64,000 nucleotides of DNA from Planctomycetota bacterium (GCA_002862085.1 PKCK01000075.1:1533-65532); one strand, 5' to 3'. Counted from the first letter of the stretch, positions 24,878-35,197 are shown. Program-made: numbers and translations. Notes: generated from the letters alone by a model not told the origin.

Positions 24878-27286
24878 GTGATCGCCCCGCTCCTGCTCAC
24901 GTCGGCCGCCCTGCTCCAGGGGCCGCCCTTCGACCCGCCGGCCATCGTGCCGCCGGCCCTCTCCGTCCAGCCGCGCTTCGCTCCCTTCGTGGTGCCCGGG
25001 GCGCTGCGAGTCGTCGCCACCGAGGAGGGACTCGAGGGCGCGGCGGCGGTCCTCGCGGACCACCTCGCGCGGCTCATCGGCTCCGAGGTCACGGTGGCAG
25101 CTCCGCCCTCACGATCCGGCGACGTGCTCCTCACCACGGGGTACCTCGTCGACGCGGTCGCGGGCGACCCCGAGGGCTTCTCCATCGAGGTCTTCGGCGA
25201 CCACGTCGCGCTCTCCGGAGCGACCGGGGCCGGCGTGCATCGCGCGGCTTCGCGGCTGCTCCAGCTGCTCGAGCAGGATCCCGAGACCGGGGTGTGGATG
25301 GTGCCCGCGGTCCGGATCGACGACGCGCCGGCTCTCCCGTGGCGCGGGCTGATGCTCGACCTCGCGCGCTTCCCCCATCCGGTCGAGTCGGTGGAGGAGG
25401 CGATCGAGCTCGCTTACCTGTTCTCGCTCAACACGGTGCAGCTGCACCTCTCCGACGACCAGGCCTTCACCTTCCCGGCGTCCTGCCTGCCTCCGCGAAC
25501 GGGGCCGCTCGCCGGCGACGCGGATCGCGGCTACACGCGCGAGGACATCGCGCGCCTCGTGCGCTTCGCGGACGCGCGCGGGGTCGTCCTGGTGCCGGAG
25601 ATCGACATGCCGGCCCACGCGAGCTCGCTCGTGCGCGCGCGGCCCGACCTCTTCGGGTCCTTCGACGAGGAGAAGGACGCGTGGGTCTCGACCGGTGTCA
25701 TCAACATGGCCTCGCCAGGAGCGCTCGAGGCCCTCGACCAGCTCCTCGCCGAGGTCGCCGCCGCCTTCCCGTCCAGCCCCTGGATCCACCTCGGCGGTGA
25801 CGAGGTCCGGGCTCCGGGACTCGTGGACACGCCGGAGTTCGCGCCCTACGCGGCCGCGCACTCGATCCCGACCACCGTGCAGGAGGGAGCGATCGGCGAG
25901 CTCCTCGGTCACTTCCTCGGTCGGATGGCCCGGCGCGTCACCGACCTCGGTCGCACCCCGGTCCTCTGGGAGGGTTTCCGCGCGGCGAAGGTCGAGGCGA
26001 ACCGCGTGCCCTCCGACGTGGTCGTCATGAGCTGGAGCCAGAGCTCCACCTCGCCGGAGGAGCTCCTCGAGCGCGGCCACGGCGTGATCAACTGCAACTG
26101 GGAGCCGCTCTACGTCGTGCCGGCCCAGGGGTGGGCGAGCCAGCCGCGCCACGCCTGGGACTGGCAGCCGCGCCTGCTGCGCCAGCGCCACGGAGGGAAG
26201 GAGACGCGCCTCGCCGCGGACGCGGACCTGCGCGGCGCGCAGGTCTGCGTGTGGGAGCAGCGGCCGGACGCCATCGTCCCGTCCCTGGTGCCGCTGCTGC
26301 CCGAGCTCGCCACGCGCATGTGGGGGACCGGAGGCGACGCGGAGTTCGGCGCCTTCGACGCCCGTTCGAAGCGCGCGCGCGCGCGCGCGATGAGGCTCCT
26401 CCGCCCCGTTGAAGTCGAGGCCGAAGGACTCGTCGCGAGGACGGGCATCCTCTTCGAGGAGACGCTGTCGGTGCGCCTCACCGCGCCCGCCGGACTCGAG
26501 GTGCGCTACCGCGTGGGAGAGGCCGGTGAGGTCCGGAGTCCGCTGGGAAGTGACGCCGCGGTCTGGGACGGGGAGCCGATCTCCATCGAGGAGAGCGCGC
26601 TCGTCACCGCGCGGGCGTTCGCCGGGGATCGGCCCGTGGGTTTCGCGACCGAGGTGCGCTTCCAGCGGGGCACGCCGGTGCTTCGCCACTTCGCCCACGA
26701 GCTGCCGCAGGGTGGCGTGATCACCCCCGCGATCCTCGACGAGACCTGGGCGGACGGCGGGAGCCAGATCGGCGCCGGCGTCCTCGCAGCCCCGGACGCC
26801 GATCGCATGACCGCGATCAACCGTGAGCTGTTCGCGAAGGTGCGCGACCGGCTCCCCCTGCGCAGCCACGTGGACCTTCGGCCCCTCGCCTGGGAGGTGG
26901 TGGGGCCCTGGCGGAGGGTCGATCCGCTCCGGCCTCGCATCTGGGGGCGGCACGCGGTCTTCGCCGAGGGGCAGCTGCGGATCCCGGAGCCGGGTCGCTG
27001 GACGCTCTCGGGGACGGCGAGGAGCGGCCTGGCGCGCGTCCACGTCGGAGGGCAGCTCGCCTTGCTCGTCGAGGGGATGGAGGAAGCACGGGCCGGGGCG
27101 GAGCTGGCTGCCGGCATCTACGCGGTGACCATCGAGCTCTCCGTGCCCTTCGTGCACGAGGATCTCCAGCTGCTCTTCCAGCGCGAGGGCGAGGACGATC
27201 CGCTGGCGCTCTACGACCTGCTCCTCGATCTCGACGAGAACGTGCCCGCGGTCGAGCTCTCCTCGGTCTCCGGTCCGTTCCGCTGA
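24878..27286 (+). CDS. glycoside hydrolase family 20 (beta-N-acetylhexosaminidase) with C-terminal Fn3/chitobiase-like and PA14-like domains
   Basis: Signal-like N-terminus, IDDAPALPWRGLMLDLAR, QLHLSDDQ, PEIDMPAH, catalytic HLGGDE, GAQVCVWE. Confidence 0.9.
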   Translation: MIAPLLLTSAALLQGPPFDPPAIVPPALSVQPRFAPFVVPGALRVVATEEGLEGAAAVLADHLARLIGSEVTVAAPPSRSGDVLLTTGYLVDAVAGDPEGFSIEVFGDHVALSGATGAGVHRAASRLLQLLEQDPETGVWMVPAVRIDDAPALPWRGLMLDLARFPHPVESVEEAIELAYLFSLNTVQLHLSDDQAFTFPASCLPPRTGPLAGDADRGYTREDIARLVRFADARGVVLVPEIDMPAHASSLVRARPDLFGSFDEEKDAWVSTGVINMASPGALEALDQLLAEVAAAFPSSPWIHLGGDEVRAPGLVDTPEFAPYAAAHSIPTTVQEGAIGELLGHFLGRMARRVTDLGRTPVLWEGFRAAKVEANRVPSDVVVMSWSQSSTSPEELLERGHGVINCNWEPLYVVPAQGWASQPRHAWDWQPRLLRQRHGGKETRLAADADLRGAQVCVWEQRPDAIVPSLVPLLPELATRMWGTGGDAEFGAFDARSKRARARAMRLLRPVEVEAEGLVARTGILFEETLSVRLTAPAGLEVRYRVGEAGEVRSPLGSDAAVWDGEPISIEESALVTARAFAGDRPVGFATEVRFQRGTPVLRHFAHELPQGGVITPAILDETWADGGSQIGAGVLAAPDADRMTAINRELFAKVRDRLPLRSHVDLRPLAWEVVGPWRRVDPLRPRIWGRHAVFAEGQLRIPEPGRWTLSGTARSGLARVHVGGQLALLVEGMEEARAGAELAAGIYAVTIELSVPFVHEDLQLLFQREGEDDPLALYDLLLDLDENVPAVELSSVSGPFR

Positions 27287-27413
27287 GCCGCGGGCGGCCT
27301 GGCCGCTCGAATCGTGCGGGGCTGGCTTGGGGTGACGGGCGCGGGCGGCCATCCGTGCAGCCCCGGGGCGAAATCGCCTCGGACCGGAGTGTCCGCTCCG
27401 TATCGTGGCCCAC

Positions 27414-29510
27414 ATGTCCGTGCCCGAGGAAGCGCCCGGAGCCGGTCGCTCGATCCGCAACGTCGGAATCTGCGCCCACATCGACGCGGGGAAGACGACC
27501 CTCACGGAGCGGATCCTCCACGTCACGGGCCGCGAGCGCTACGTGGGCCGCGTGGACGAGGGCACCTCGGTCATGGACTGGATGGCCGAGGAGCGGGAGC
27601 GCGGGATCACCATCGCCGCCGCCGCCACGCGCGTGAGCTGGGGCGACGCCGAGATCAACCTCGTGGACACGCCGGGTCACGTGGACTTCACCGTCGAGGT
27701 CGAACGCTGCATGCGGGTCCTCGACGGCGCGGTGCTCGTGCTGGACGCGACCCATGGGGTCGAGCCGCAGACCGAAACGGTGTGGCGACAGGTGGCGGCG
27801 CGCGGCCTCCCCGCCATCGCGTTCGCGAACAAGTGCGAGCGACCCGGCGCCGACGTCCTCGGATGCGCGCGCTCGATCTCCGTGCGCCTCGGGGCGCGCG
27901 CGGTCAACGTGGCGTATCCGGTGGGTGGGGGGGACACCGACGAGGCGCTCAGCGCGATCATCGACCTCGTGCACATGCGAGCATGGCGGCTGGACCGCGC
28001 GGGCCAGCGACGGTCCGTCGAGGTGCGGCCCGAGTCGATGGAGGAGGCGGCGGTGCTGCGCGCCGAGCTCGTGGACGTCCTCGCCGATCGCGACGAGGTC
28101 TTGTTCGAGGCGATCTGCGACGGCCGTGACCCGAGCGGTGAGGAGGTCATGCGGTCGCTGCGGACCCTGACCCTCGCGAAGGAGGTCGTGCCGCTGTTCT
28201 GCGGGGCGGCGCTGCCCGGTCACGGGGTGCCGCTGCTGCTGGACGGCGTGGCCTCCTTGCTGCCAGCGCCCCACGAGGCCGCGCCGCCGGAGGTCTTCGA
28301 CGCGTCGAGCGGAGCGCCTCAGCCGGGTGTGCCCCTGCCCGAGCCCCTGGCGCTCTGCTTCAAGGTTCACTCGAAGGTCCGGCGCGGCGTGCGCAGCGAC
28401 CTCACCTTCGTTCGCGTTCACCGCGGAGAGATCGTGCCCGGGACGAGGCTCTGGAACGGCCGATCCGGCGTCACGGAGGAGGTGGACACGGTCCTGCGGA
28501 TCCACGCGAGCGAGGTCGAGCACGTCGACGGCGCGGCGGCCGGCGACATCGTCGCCCTCGGCGGGCTGCGGGCGACCGGGACGGGGGACACGCTCATCGC
28601 GGAGGGGAGCGAGCTGCGCCTCGAGCCGCCCCGCGTCCCCACGCCGGTCCTGGGGGTCCTCGTCGAGCCGCGCCGTGACGAGGAGCGTATTCCTCTCCGG
28701 GACGCCCTCGAGCAGCTCGCCCGGGAAGACCCCTCTTTGAAGGTGTCCGAGGACCGGGCGAGCGGGCAGTGGCTCCTGGAGGGAATGGGCGAGCTGCACA
28801 TCGACATCGCCGTGGCGCGCCTCGACGCGGAGTTCGGGGTCGAGCCGCGGGTCGGCCCGCCTCGTGTGGCGTTCCGGGAGGCCGTGCGGCTGGAGGCGTC
28901 GGGCGCGGGCACGGTCGAGCGGACGCTCGAGGGTGCCAGGGTCCACGCGGAGGTCGAGCTGCGCCTCGAACCCCTCCCGGAGGCGTCCTCGATCCTCGAC
29001 GTGGAAGGGCTCGGTCGCACCGCTTCCGGGGAGGACCTCGTCCTGAGCGGCCGGGCATGGCGTGGCATCCGGGCGGCCCTGCGGGCGGAGGCTGGCTCGG
29101 GCCCCCTCGTCGGTCATCCCCTCTGCGGGACCCGGATCCGCCTGACCGCAGCCCGCTCCCTCAGCGGCGGCGCGCCGGAGGCCGTCTGGGAACAGGCCGC
29201 GGTGGCCGGGCTGCGTGAGGCCCTCAAATCGGCGGTCACTGCGGGAGGCGTCGAGCTCCTCGAGCCCTGGATGGCCTTCACCGTCGACACCCCCGACGAC
29301 GTCTCCAGCGGCGTGATCGGCGATCTGAACGCGCGGCGCGCCAGCATGGAGGAGATCGTCTCGACCGGGACCGAGTCCCGACGAGTCTCGGGGACGGCGC
29401 CCCTCAGGGAGCTCATCGGGTACTCCACCGAGCTCCGTAGCCTCTCGAAGGGGCGGGCCACCTTCAATCTCGCCCCGGCTGGCCTCGCTCCATCGCCCGG
29501 CGCTGGCTGA
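27414..29510 (+). CDS. fusA: divergent elongation factor G (EF-G2-like)
   Basis: AHIDAGKTT, RERGITI and DTPGHVDF motifs; EF-G domains III (EDPS, GMGELH) and V (ELLEPWM, YSTELRSLSKGRA) present; domain IV divergent. ATG 27414 is preceded by TATCGT. Confidence 0.88.
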   Translation: MSVPEEAPGAGRSIRNVGICAHIDAGKTTLTERILHVTGRERYVGRVDEGTSVMDWMAEERERGITIAAAATRVSWGDAEINLVDTPGHVDFTVEVERCMRVLDGAVLVLDATHGVEPQTETVWRQVAARGLPAIAFANKCERPGADVLGCARSISVRLGARAVNVAYPVGGGDTDEALSAIIDLVHMRAWRLDRAGQRRSVEVRPESMEEAAVLRAELVDVLADRDEVLFEAICDGRDPSGEEVMRSLRTLTLAKEVVPLFCGAALPGHGVPLLLDGVASLLPAPHEAAPPEVFDASSGAPQPGVPLPEPLALCFKVHSKVRRGVRSDLTFVRVHRGEIVPGTRLWNGRSGVTEEVDTVLRIHASEVEHVDGAAAGDIVALGGLRATGTGDTLIAEGSELRLEPPRVPTPVLGVLVEPRRDEERIPLRDALEQLAREDPSLKVSEDRASGQWLLEGMGELHIDIAVARLDAEFGVEPRVGPPRVAFREAVRLEASGAGTVERTLEGARVHAEVELRLEPLPEASSILDVEGLGRTASGEDLVLSGRAWRGIRAALRAEAGSGPLVGHPLCGTRIRLTAARSLSGGAPEAVWEQAAVAGLREALKSAVTAGGVELLEPWMAFTVDTPDDVSSGVIGDLNARRASMEEIVSTGTESRRVSGTAPLRELIGYSTELRSLSKGRATFNLAPAGLAPSPGAG

Positions 29511-29594
29511 GCGGCCTCGCTGGGGGAGTCAGCAGCCGACGTGCGGGGCGGAGCGGATTGCAAAACAAAGTTGGCCGGAATCCTCTCCCCGTGA

Positions 29595-29623
29595 TTGACC
29601 CCCCCGGGGGGGGCTCGTACCTT
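29595..29623 (+). promoter_or_regulatory. sigma70 promoter of the S10 operon
   Basis: TTGACC (29595-29600), 17-nt spacer, TACCTT (29618-29623). Confidence 0.7.
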
Positions 29624-29978
29624 CTTCGCCCCTTGCCCGAACGGCAGGAGTCCCGAATCAGCCCGGAGCGACCATCCGACGCTGACCGGGGATCTCCTCC
29701 GGCCGGGTCGGAGACCTATGTGAGCCGCCGCCGCGCGCGCCCACCTCATCCGGCCCTCACCCGAGCGAGGACGCCCCGGCAGCGCCCCCCAGCGCCCTCT
29801 GCCGGTGCACGAATCCCCCCGAACACCCGCCTCACGGCCCCGGCCCCTCCGCCGCGCCGTCGGCGGAGCCCGCGCCGGGCCCCTTCCGGCGCGACCATCA
29901 CCACCGGACCCCAACGCCCCCCTGGCCCGACGCCGGGGCCGCCCCTGCCGGCGGCCTCACAGGGTCGAGCCCACTCAC

Positions 29979-30284
<306 letters not shown>

Positions 30285-30487
30285 TCCTCCAGCGCGTCCC
30301 GCGTCCGCTTCTCGGCGACCGCGGGGCGCTGCTTTTCCCTCAACTCGAACCCACCGCGTGGCCAGGCGTCGCCGGCGCGTGTTCCCGTCCCCGCCAAGGG
30401 GGAGGGCGCACTGCCCGGCCCGGGTCGAACCGGTGATCCCCAACACTCGGGGCGCGGCCTTCTCGGTCCGCCCTCGCTCACGAAGTT

Positions 30488-31123
30488 ATGACGCTACTTC
30501 TTGGACGTAAGAGAGGCATGACGCAGCTCTTCGCCGACGACGGCACGGTCACCCCGGTGACCGTCGTCGAGGCGGGGCCCTGCACCGTCATGCAGCTGCG
30601 GACCCAGGAGACGGACGGCTACGACGCCGTCCAGCTCGGCTACGAGGACGTCCGCGACAAGGTCTCCAACAAGCCCCAGGTGGAGCAGGCCAAGAAGGTC
30701 GGCACCGCCCCGAAGCGCTTCCTCCGCGAGGAGCGCCTCGCCGCGCCCGCCGAGGTCGAGGTCGGCGCCCAGGTGACCGTCGAGGCCTTCGAGGCCGGTC
30801 ACCTGGTCGACGTCATCGGCACCACCAAGGGCCGCGGCTTCGCCGGCACGATCAAGCGCCACGGGTTCGCCCGAGGCCCCAAGACCCACGGCTCGATGAA
30901 CTATCGCCGTCCGGGTTCGATCGGCTGCTCGGCCTACCCGGGCCGCGTCTTCAAGGGCAAGCGCATGTCCGGCCACTACGGCGCCAAGCGCAAGACCGTG
31001 AAGAACCTCGAGATCATGCGCGTCGACGCCGAGCGGAACCTGCTCCTCATCAAGGGCTCGATCCCCGGCCACAACGGCGCCTTCGTCCAGGTCCAGACCG
31101 CGCGCACGGGCGTGCAGAAGTAG
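30488..31123 (+). CDS. rplC: 50S ribosomal protein L3
   Basis: GRKRGMTQ; KGRGFAGTIKRHGF; VFKGKRMSGHYG. Confidence 0.98.
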   Translation: MTLLLGRKRGMTQLFADDGTVTPVTVVEAGPCTVMQLRTQETDGYDAVQLGYEDVRDKVSNKPQVEQAKKVGTAPKRFLREERLAAPAEVEVGAQVTVEAFEAGHLVDVIGTTKGRGFAGTIKRHGFARGPKTHGSMNYRRPGSIGCSAYPGRVFKGKRMSGHYGAKRKTVKNLEIMRVDAERNLLLIKGSIPGHNGAFVQVQTARTGVQK

Positions 31124-31152
31124 GGCTCAGCCCTCCGAAGCAGAGAGATCCG

Positions 31153-31794
31153 ATGAAGGTCAAGAGCTACAAGGCGGGCAGCGTGGGCGAGGTCGAACTC
31201 GACGTCGCTCCCTTCGGCGAGAAGGTCCTGTACCGCACGCTGAAGGACGCGGTGGTCATGCACATGGCCAACCAGCGCCAGGGCACGGTGAACACCCGCG
31301 GCCGCAGCGAGGTCAAGGGCACGAACAAGAAGCCCTACAAGCAGAAGCACACCGGTCGCGCCCGCGCCGGCGACGTCAAGTCGCCCATCTGGCGCGGCGG
31401 CGGCACCGTCTTCGGGCCCAAGCCCCGGGACTACAGCTACCACATGCCGACGAAGGCGCGCCGGGTCGCCCTGCGCACCGCCATCGCCGGCAAGGTCGCC
31501 GACGGCGAGCTCGTCGTGGCGGACCTCGGTGAGTGGGGCGAGCCCTCGGCCCGCTCCGCCCGGAAGGTCCTCTCCGACCTCGGGTCCCCGCGGCGCGCCT
31601 GCGTCGTGATCTCCGAGCGCAACGAGAACCTCTACAAGTCCTTCCGCAACTTCCCGCGCGTCCACGTCCGCACCGCCGCCGAGCTGTGCGCCTACGACGT
31701 GGTGAACGGCGGGACGATCATCGCCGAGCAGGGCGCGCTGGATCAGCTCGCCTCCCGCGTCGGCAAGGCCTCGGGTGAAGGAGGTGCGTCGTGA
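31153..31794 (+). CDS. rplD: 50S ribosomal protein L4
   Basis: [13 protein letters not shown]; [11 protein letters not shown]; [13 protein letters not shown]. Confidence 0.98.
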   Translation: MKVKSYKAGSVGEVELDVAPFGEKVLYRTLKDAVVMHMANQRQGTVNTRGRSEVKGTNKKPYKQKHTGRARAGDVKSPIWRGGGTVFGPKPRDYSYHMPTKARRVALRTAIAGKVADGELVVADLGEWGEPSARSARKVLSDLGSPRRACVVISERNENLYKSFRNFPRVHVRTAAELCAYDVVNGGTIIAEQGALDQLASRVGKASGEGGAS

Positions 31795-32084
31795 GCCAGG
31801 CCACCGACCGTCAGTACCACATCATCAAGCGTCCGCACGTCACCGAGAAGGCGACGACGGACTCCCTGAACCGTAACGCGTACCACTTCCGCGTCCCCAC
31901 CGACGCGAACAAGGTCGAGATCCGCCAAGCGATCGAGCGCCTGTTCGAGGTCAAGGTGGTGTCCGTGAACACCCTCCGCGTCGGTGGCAAGGCCCGCCGC
32001 CGTGGCTGGGTCCGCGGCAACAAGCCGGACTGGAAGAAGGCCATGGTCACCCTCGCCGAGGGCGACACGATCGACGTCCTCTGA
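31791..32084 (+). CDS. rplW: 50S ribosomal protein L23
   Basis: [10 protein letters not shown]; [18 protein letters not shown]; WKKAMVTL. Confidence 0.97.
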   Translation: MSQATDRQYHIIKRPHVTEKATTDSLNRNAYHFRVPTDANKVEIRQAIERLFEVKVVSVNTLRVGGKARRRGWVRGNKPDWKKAMVTLAEGDTIDVL

Positions 32085-32118
32085 GGCGCCGGAGCAGACC
32101 AGCCGAGAGCACAGAACG

Positions 32119-32952
32119 ATGCCGATTCGCAAGTACAAGCCGACATCCCCGGGCCGCCGTCACGGCAGCGTCCTGACCTACGAAGAGGTCACGACGTCGA
32201 AGCCCGAGAAGTCGCTCCTTCGCCCGCTGAAGAAGACGGGCGGCCGGAACAACTACGGCCGCATCACCGCCCGCTTCCGTGGGGGCGGCCACAAGCGCAA
32301 GTACCGGGTCATCGACTTCAAGCGCGACAAGGACGGGATCCCCGCCAAGGTCGCGACGGTCGAGTACGACCCCAACCGCACCTGCTTCATCGCCCTGCTG
32401 CACTACGCGGACGGCGAGAAGCGCTACATCCTCGCGCCGATCGGCCTCGAGGTCGGGCAGACGATCCTGTCGGGCCCCGACGCCGAGCCGAACCCCGGCA
32501 ACGCGAAGATGCTCCGCGACATCCCGATCGGTGTCCAGGTGCACAACGTCGAGCTCCAGCCCGGCCGCGGCGGCCAGATGGTCCGCTCCGCCGGCGCCTC
32601 GGCGCAGCTGACCGCCCGCGAGGGCAAGTACGCGGTCCTGACCCTGCCCTCGGGCGAACTCCGCCGCGTCCACGTGACCTGCCGCGCCACCATCGGGCGC
32701 GTCGGGAACACGGATCACCAGAACGTCAAGCTCGGCAAGGCCGGGCGCCGGCGCCATCTGGGCCGCCGTCCGCACGTCCGCGGTACGGCCATGAACCCGG
32801 TCGACCACCCCATGGGTGGTGGTGAAGGCCGGACCGCGGGGGGTCGTCACCCCTGCTCGCCGACCGCTGTCCTCGCGAAGGGCGGCCGCACCCGGCGCCG
32901 CAATCACCCGACCGACGTCTTCATCATCCGCCGCCGTCGCAAGCGCAAGTGA
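32119..32952 (+). CDS. rplB: 50S ribosomal protein L2
   Basis: [13 protein letters not shown]; EYDPNR; [20 protein letters not shown] 32119. Confidence 0.99.
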   Translation: MPIRKYKPTSPGRRHGSVLTYEEVTTSKPEKSLLRPLKKTGGRNNYGRITARFRGGGHKRKYRVIDFKRDKDGIPAKVATVEYDPNRTCFIALLHYADGEKRYILAPIGLEVGQTILSGPDAEPNPGNAKMLRDIPIGVQVHNVELQPGRGGQMVRSAGASAQLTAREGKYAVLTLPSGELRRVHVTCRATIGRVGNTDHQNVKLGKAGRRRHLGRRPHVRGTAMNPVDHPMGGGEGRTAGGRHPCSPTAVLAKGGRTRRRNHPTDVFIIRRRRKRK

Positions 32953-33001
32953 TGCCTGAGCGGGGGAGCCGTGCTCCCCTGCGCTGCAAGAACAGAACGA
33001 C

Positions 33002-33286
33002 ATGTCGAGAAGCATCAAGAAGGGCCCCTACATCGACGCCAAGCTCGAGAAGAAGGTGCTCGCGCAGAACGAGGCCGGGACGAAGAACCCGATCACGACC
33101 TGGGCTCGTGCCTGCACGATCTCCCCGGACTTCATCGGGCACACGTTCATGGTCCACGACGGCCAGAAGCACGTGAAGGTCTACGTGAACGAGGACATGG
33201 TCGGGCACAAGCTCGGCGAGTTCGCGATCTCCCGGATCTTCCGTGGCCACACGAACAAGAAGGAAGGCCAGAAGGGCGGCCGCTGA
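33002..33286 (+). CDS. rpsS: 30S ribosomal protein S19
   Basis: [10 protein letters not shown]; MVGHKLGEF. Confidence 0.98.
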   Translation: MSRSIKKGPYIDAKLEKKVLAQNEAGTKNPITTWARACTISPDFIGHTFMVHDGQKHVKVYVNEDMVGHKLGEFAISRIFRGHTNKKEGQKGGR

Positions 33287-33294
33287 TCCGAGCC

Positions 33295-33708
33295 ATGAAG
33301 AACGAAATCATCCGTGAGCTCGGCGGCTTCGTGGCGCGCCACCGCTACGCGCGCATCTCGTCGCGCAAGGCGCGCCTGATCGCCGACATGATCCGCGGGC
33401 GCAACGTCAACGACGCCCTGGACCTGCTCAAGCTCCAGCCGCAGCGGGGCGCCGCCTTCTTCGAGAAGGTGCTGCTCTCGGCCATCGCGAACGCGGCCCA
33501 GGACGAGGAGGTCGACACGAACTCCCTCTTCGTCGCCGACGCACGCGCCGACGACGGCCCCATGCTCAACAACCGTCTTCGCTACCGCCCCGGCCCCCAG
33601 GGCCGCGCCATGCCGTACGCGAAGAAGACCTCTCACCTGACCGTGATCGTGGCCAGCGCCGCGACCGTCGCCGCCTCCGACGAAGCCGAGGAGGGCGCGA
33701 ACGCCTGA
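33295..33708 (+). CDS. rplV: 50S ribosomal protein L22
   Basis: ARISSRKARLIADMIRG; SAIANA; KKTSHLTVIV. ATG 33295. Confidence 0.96.
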   Translation: MKNEIIRELGGFVARHRYARISSRKARLIADMIRGRNVNDALDLLKLQPQRGAAFFEKVLLSAIANAAQDEEVDTNSLFVADARADDGPMLNNRLRYRPGPQGRAMPYAKKTSHLTVIVASAATVAASDEAEEGANA

Positions 33709-33725
33709 GGGCGTACATCGAATCG

Positions 33726-34547
33726 ATGGGACAGAAGATCCACCCCACCGGCTATCGCGTCGGGATCATCGAGCCCTGGGCCTCGCGTTGGCACGGGAGC
33801 AAGCACGACTTCGCCCGTCTTCTCCGTCAGGACAAGACGATCCGCGATCACATCGAGAAGGAGTACGGCTCCGCCGGCATCCCGCGCATCGAGATCGAGC
33901 GCACCAGTGATGCCGTCAACGTGATCATCTACACCGCGCGCCCCGGCGTGCTCGTCGGCCGCAAGGGCGTCCGGATCGATCAGCTGAAGGGCGACCTGCA
34001 GAAGATCGCGGAGACCACGGTCCACCTGACGATCCACGAGATCAAGCGTCCGGAGCTGTCCGCCGGCCTCGTCGCCGAGGTCATCGCCGAGCAGCTGAAG
34101 CGCCGGATGGCCTTCCGCCGTGCGGTGAAGAAGGCGGTGCAGACCACGATGCAGGCCGGCGCCCTCGGCGTGAAGGTCATGATCAACGGTCGCCTCGGGG
34201 GTGCTGAGATGGCGCGTCAGCTGCAGGAGCGTGAGGGCCGTGTGCCGCTCTCGACCCTTCAGTCGAACGTCGAGTACGGCACCGCTCTCGCCCGCACCAC
34301 CTACGGCGTCATCGGCGTCAAGGTCTGGATCTACAAGGGCGACATCGAGCGCGGTGAGAAGATCAACTACCGCGTGACGTCGGCGGCCGGCGGTCGCTAC
34401 GACCGCGGCGGTCCTGGCGGTCCGCGCCGTGGCGGCGCTCGTCGCCGTGGCGGCCGTGGCCGGGGTGGCCCCGGTGGGGGACCCGGTGGCGGCGGTGGCG
34501 CCGCTCCGTCGCAGCCCCAGGGCTCCGTGACCCAAGGAGGTGCGTGA
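33726..34547 (+). CDS. rpsC: 30S ribosomal protein S3 with Gly/Arg-rich tail
   Basis: MGQKIHPTGYR; GRLGGAEMAR; TTYGVIGVKVWI. Confidence 0.98.
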   Translation: MGQKIHPTGYRVGIIEPWASRWHGSKHDFARLLRQDKTIRDHIEKEYGSAGIPRIEIERTSDAVNVIIYTARPGVLVGRKGVRIDQLKGDLQKIAETTVHLTIHEIKRPELSAGLVAEVIAEQLKRRMAFRRAVKKAVQTTMQAGALGVKVMINGRLGGAEMARQLQEREGRVPLSTLQSNVEYGTALARTTYGVIGVKVWIYKGDIERGEKINYRVTSAAGGRYDRGGPGGPRRGGARRRGGRGRGGPGGGPGGGGGAAPSQPQGSVTQGGA

Positions 34548-34966
34548 TGGCTTACATGCCCAAGCGCATCAAGCGCCGCCGCGTCTTCCGCGGGAAGATC
34601 AAAGGCCTCGCGACCCGCGGTAACCGGGTGAGCTTCGGAGAATTCGGCCTCCAGTCCCTGGACGCCGGGTGGATCACCGGGCGCCAGCTCGAGGCCAGCC
34701 GTATCGCCGCGAACCGCGCGACTCAGGGCGCCGCGAAGATCTGGATCCGCGTCTTCCCCGACAAGCCGATCTCCTCCAAGCCCGCCGAGACCCGGATGGG
34801 TAAGGGCAAGGGTGACATCGACTTCTGGGCCGCCGAGGTCAAGCCCGGCACCATCCTCTTCGAGCTCGGCAACGTCACCGAGGACAAGGCCAAGCTCGCC
34901 TTCAAGCGCATTGCTCACAAGATGCCCGTGAAGGTGCGGATGGTGAAGCGCGTGCCGACGACCTGA
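34547..34966 (+). CDS. rplP: 50S ribosomal protein L16
   Basis: [11 protein letters not shown]; RMGKGKG. AAGGAGG SD upstream; start overlaps the rpsC stop. Confidence 0.98.
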   Translation: MAYMPKRIKRRRVFRGKIKGLATRGNRVSFGEFGLQSLDAGWITGRQLEASRIAANRATQGAAKIWIRVFPDKPISSKPAETRMGKGKGDIDFWAAEVKPGTILFELGNVTEDKAKLAFKRIAHKMPVKVRMVKRVPTT

Positions 34967-34984
34967 TCGCCGGAGAACCTTGCC

Positions 34985-35197
34985 ATGAAGATCGAAGACA
35001 TCCGCGCCAAGACCGACGCCGAGCTCGAGTTCGACCTGAACGGTCTGAAGAAGGACCTGTTCGACGCCCGCTTCCGCGCCGGCACCGGGACCGACGGCAA
35101 CACCTCGCGCATCCGCGAGATGAAGCGAAACATCGCCCGGATCAACACCATCCTCCACGAGCGCGCCCTGGGCGTGCGGGACGCGGCCTCCAAGTGA
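34985..35197 (+). CDS. rpmC: 50S ribosomal protein L29
   Basis: IREMKRNIARINTIL; operon position. Confidence 0.95.
   Translation: MKIEDIRAKTDAELEFDLNGLKKDLFDARFRAGTGTDGNTSRIREMKRNIARINTILHERALGVRDAASK

Noticed and set aside
23075-27413. The insert in the str operon as a mobile element or genomic island
   Set aside because: No integrase, transposase, terminal inverted repeats, target duplications or obvious compositional shift were seen.
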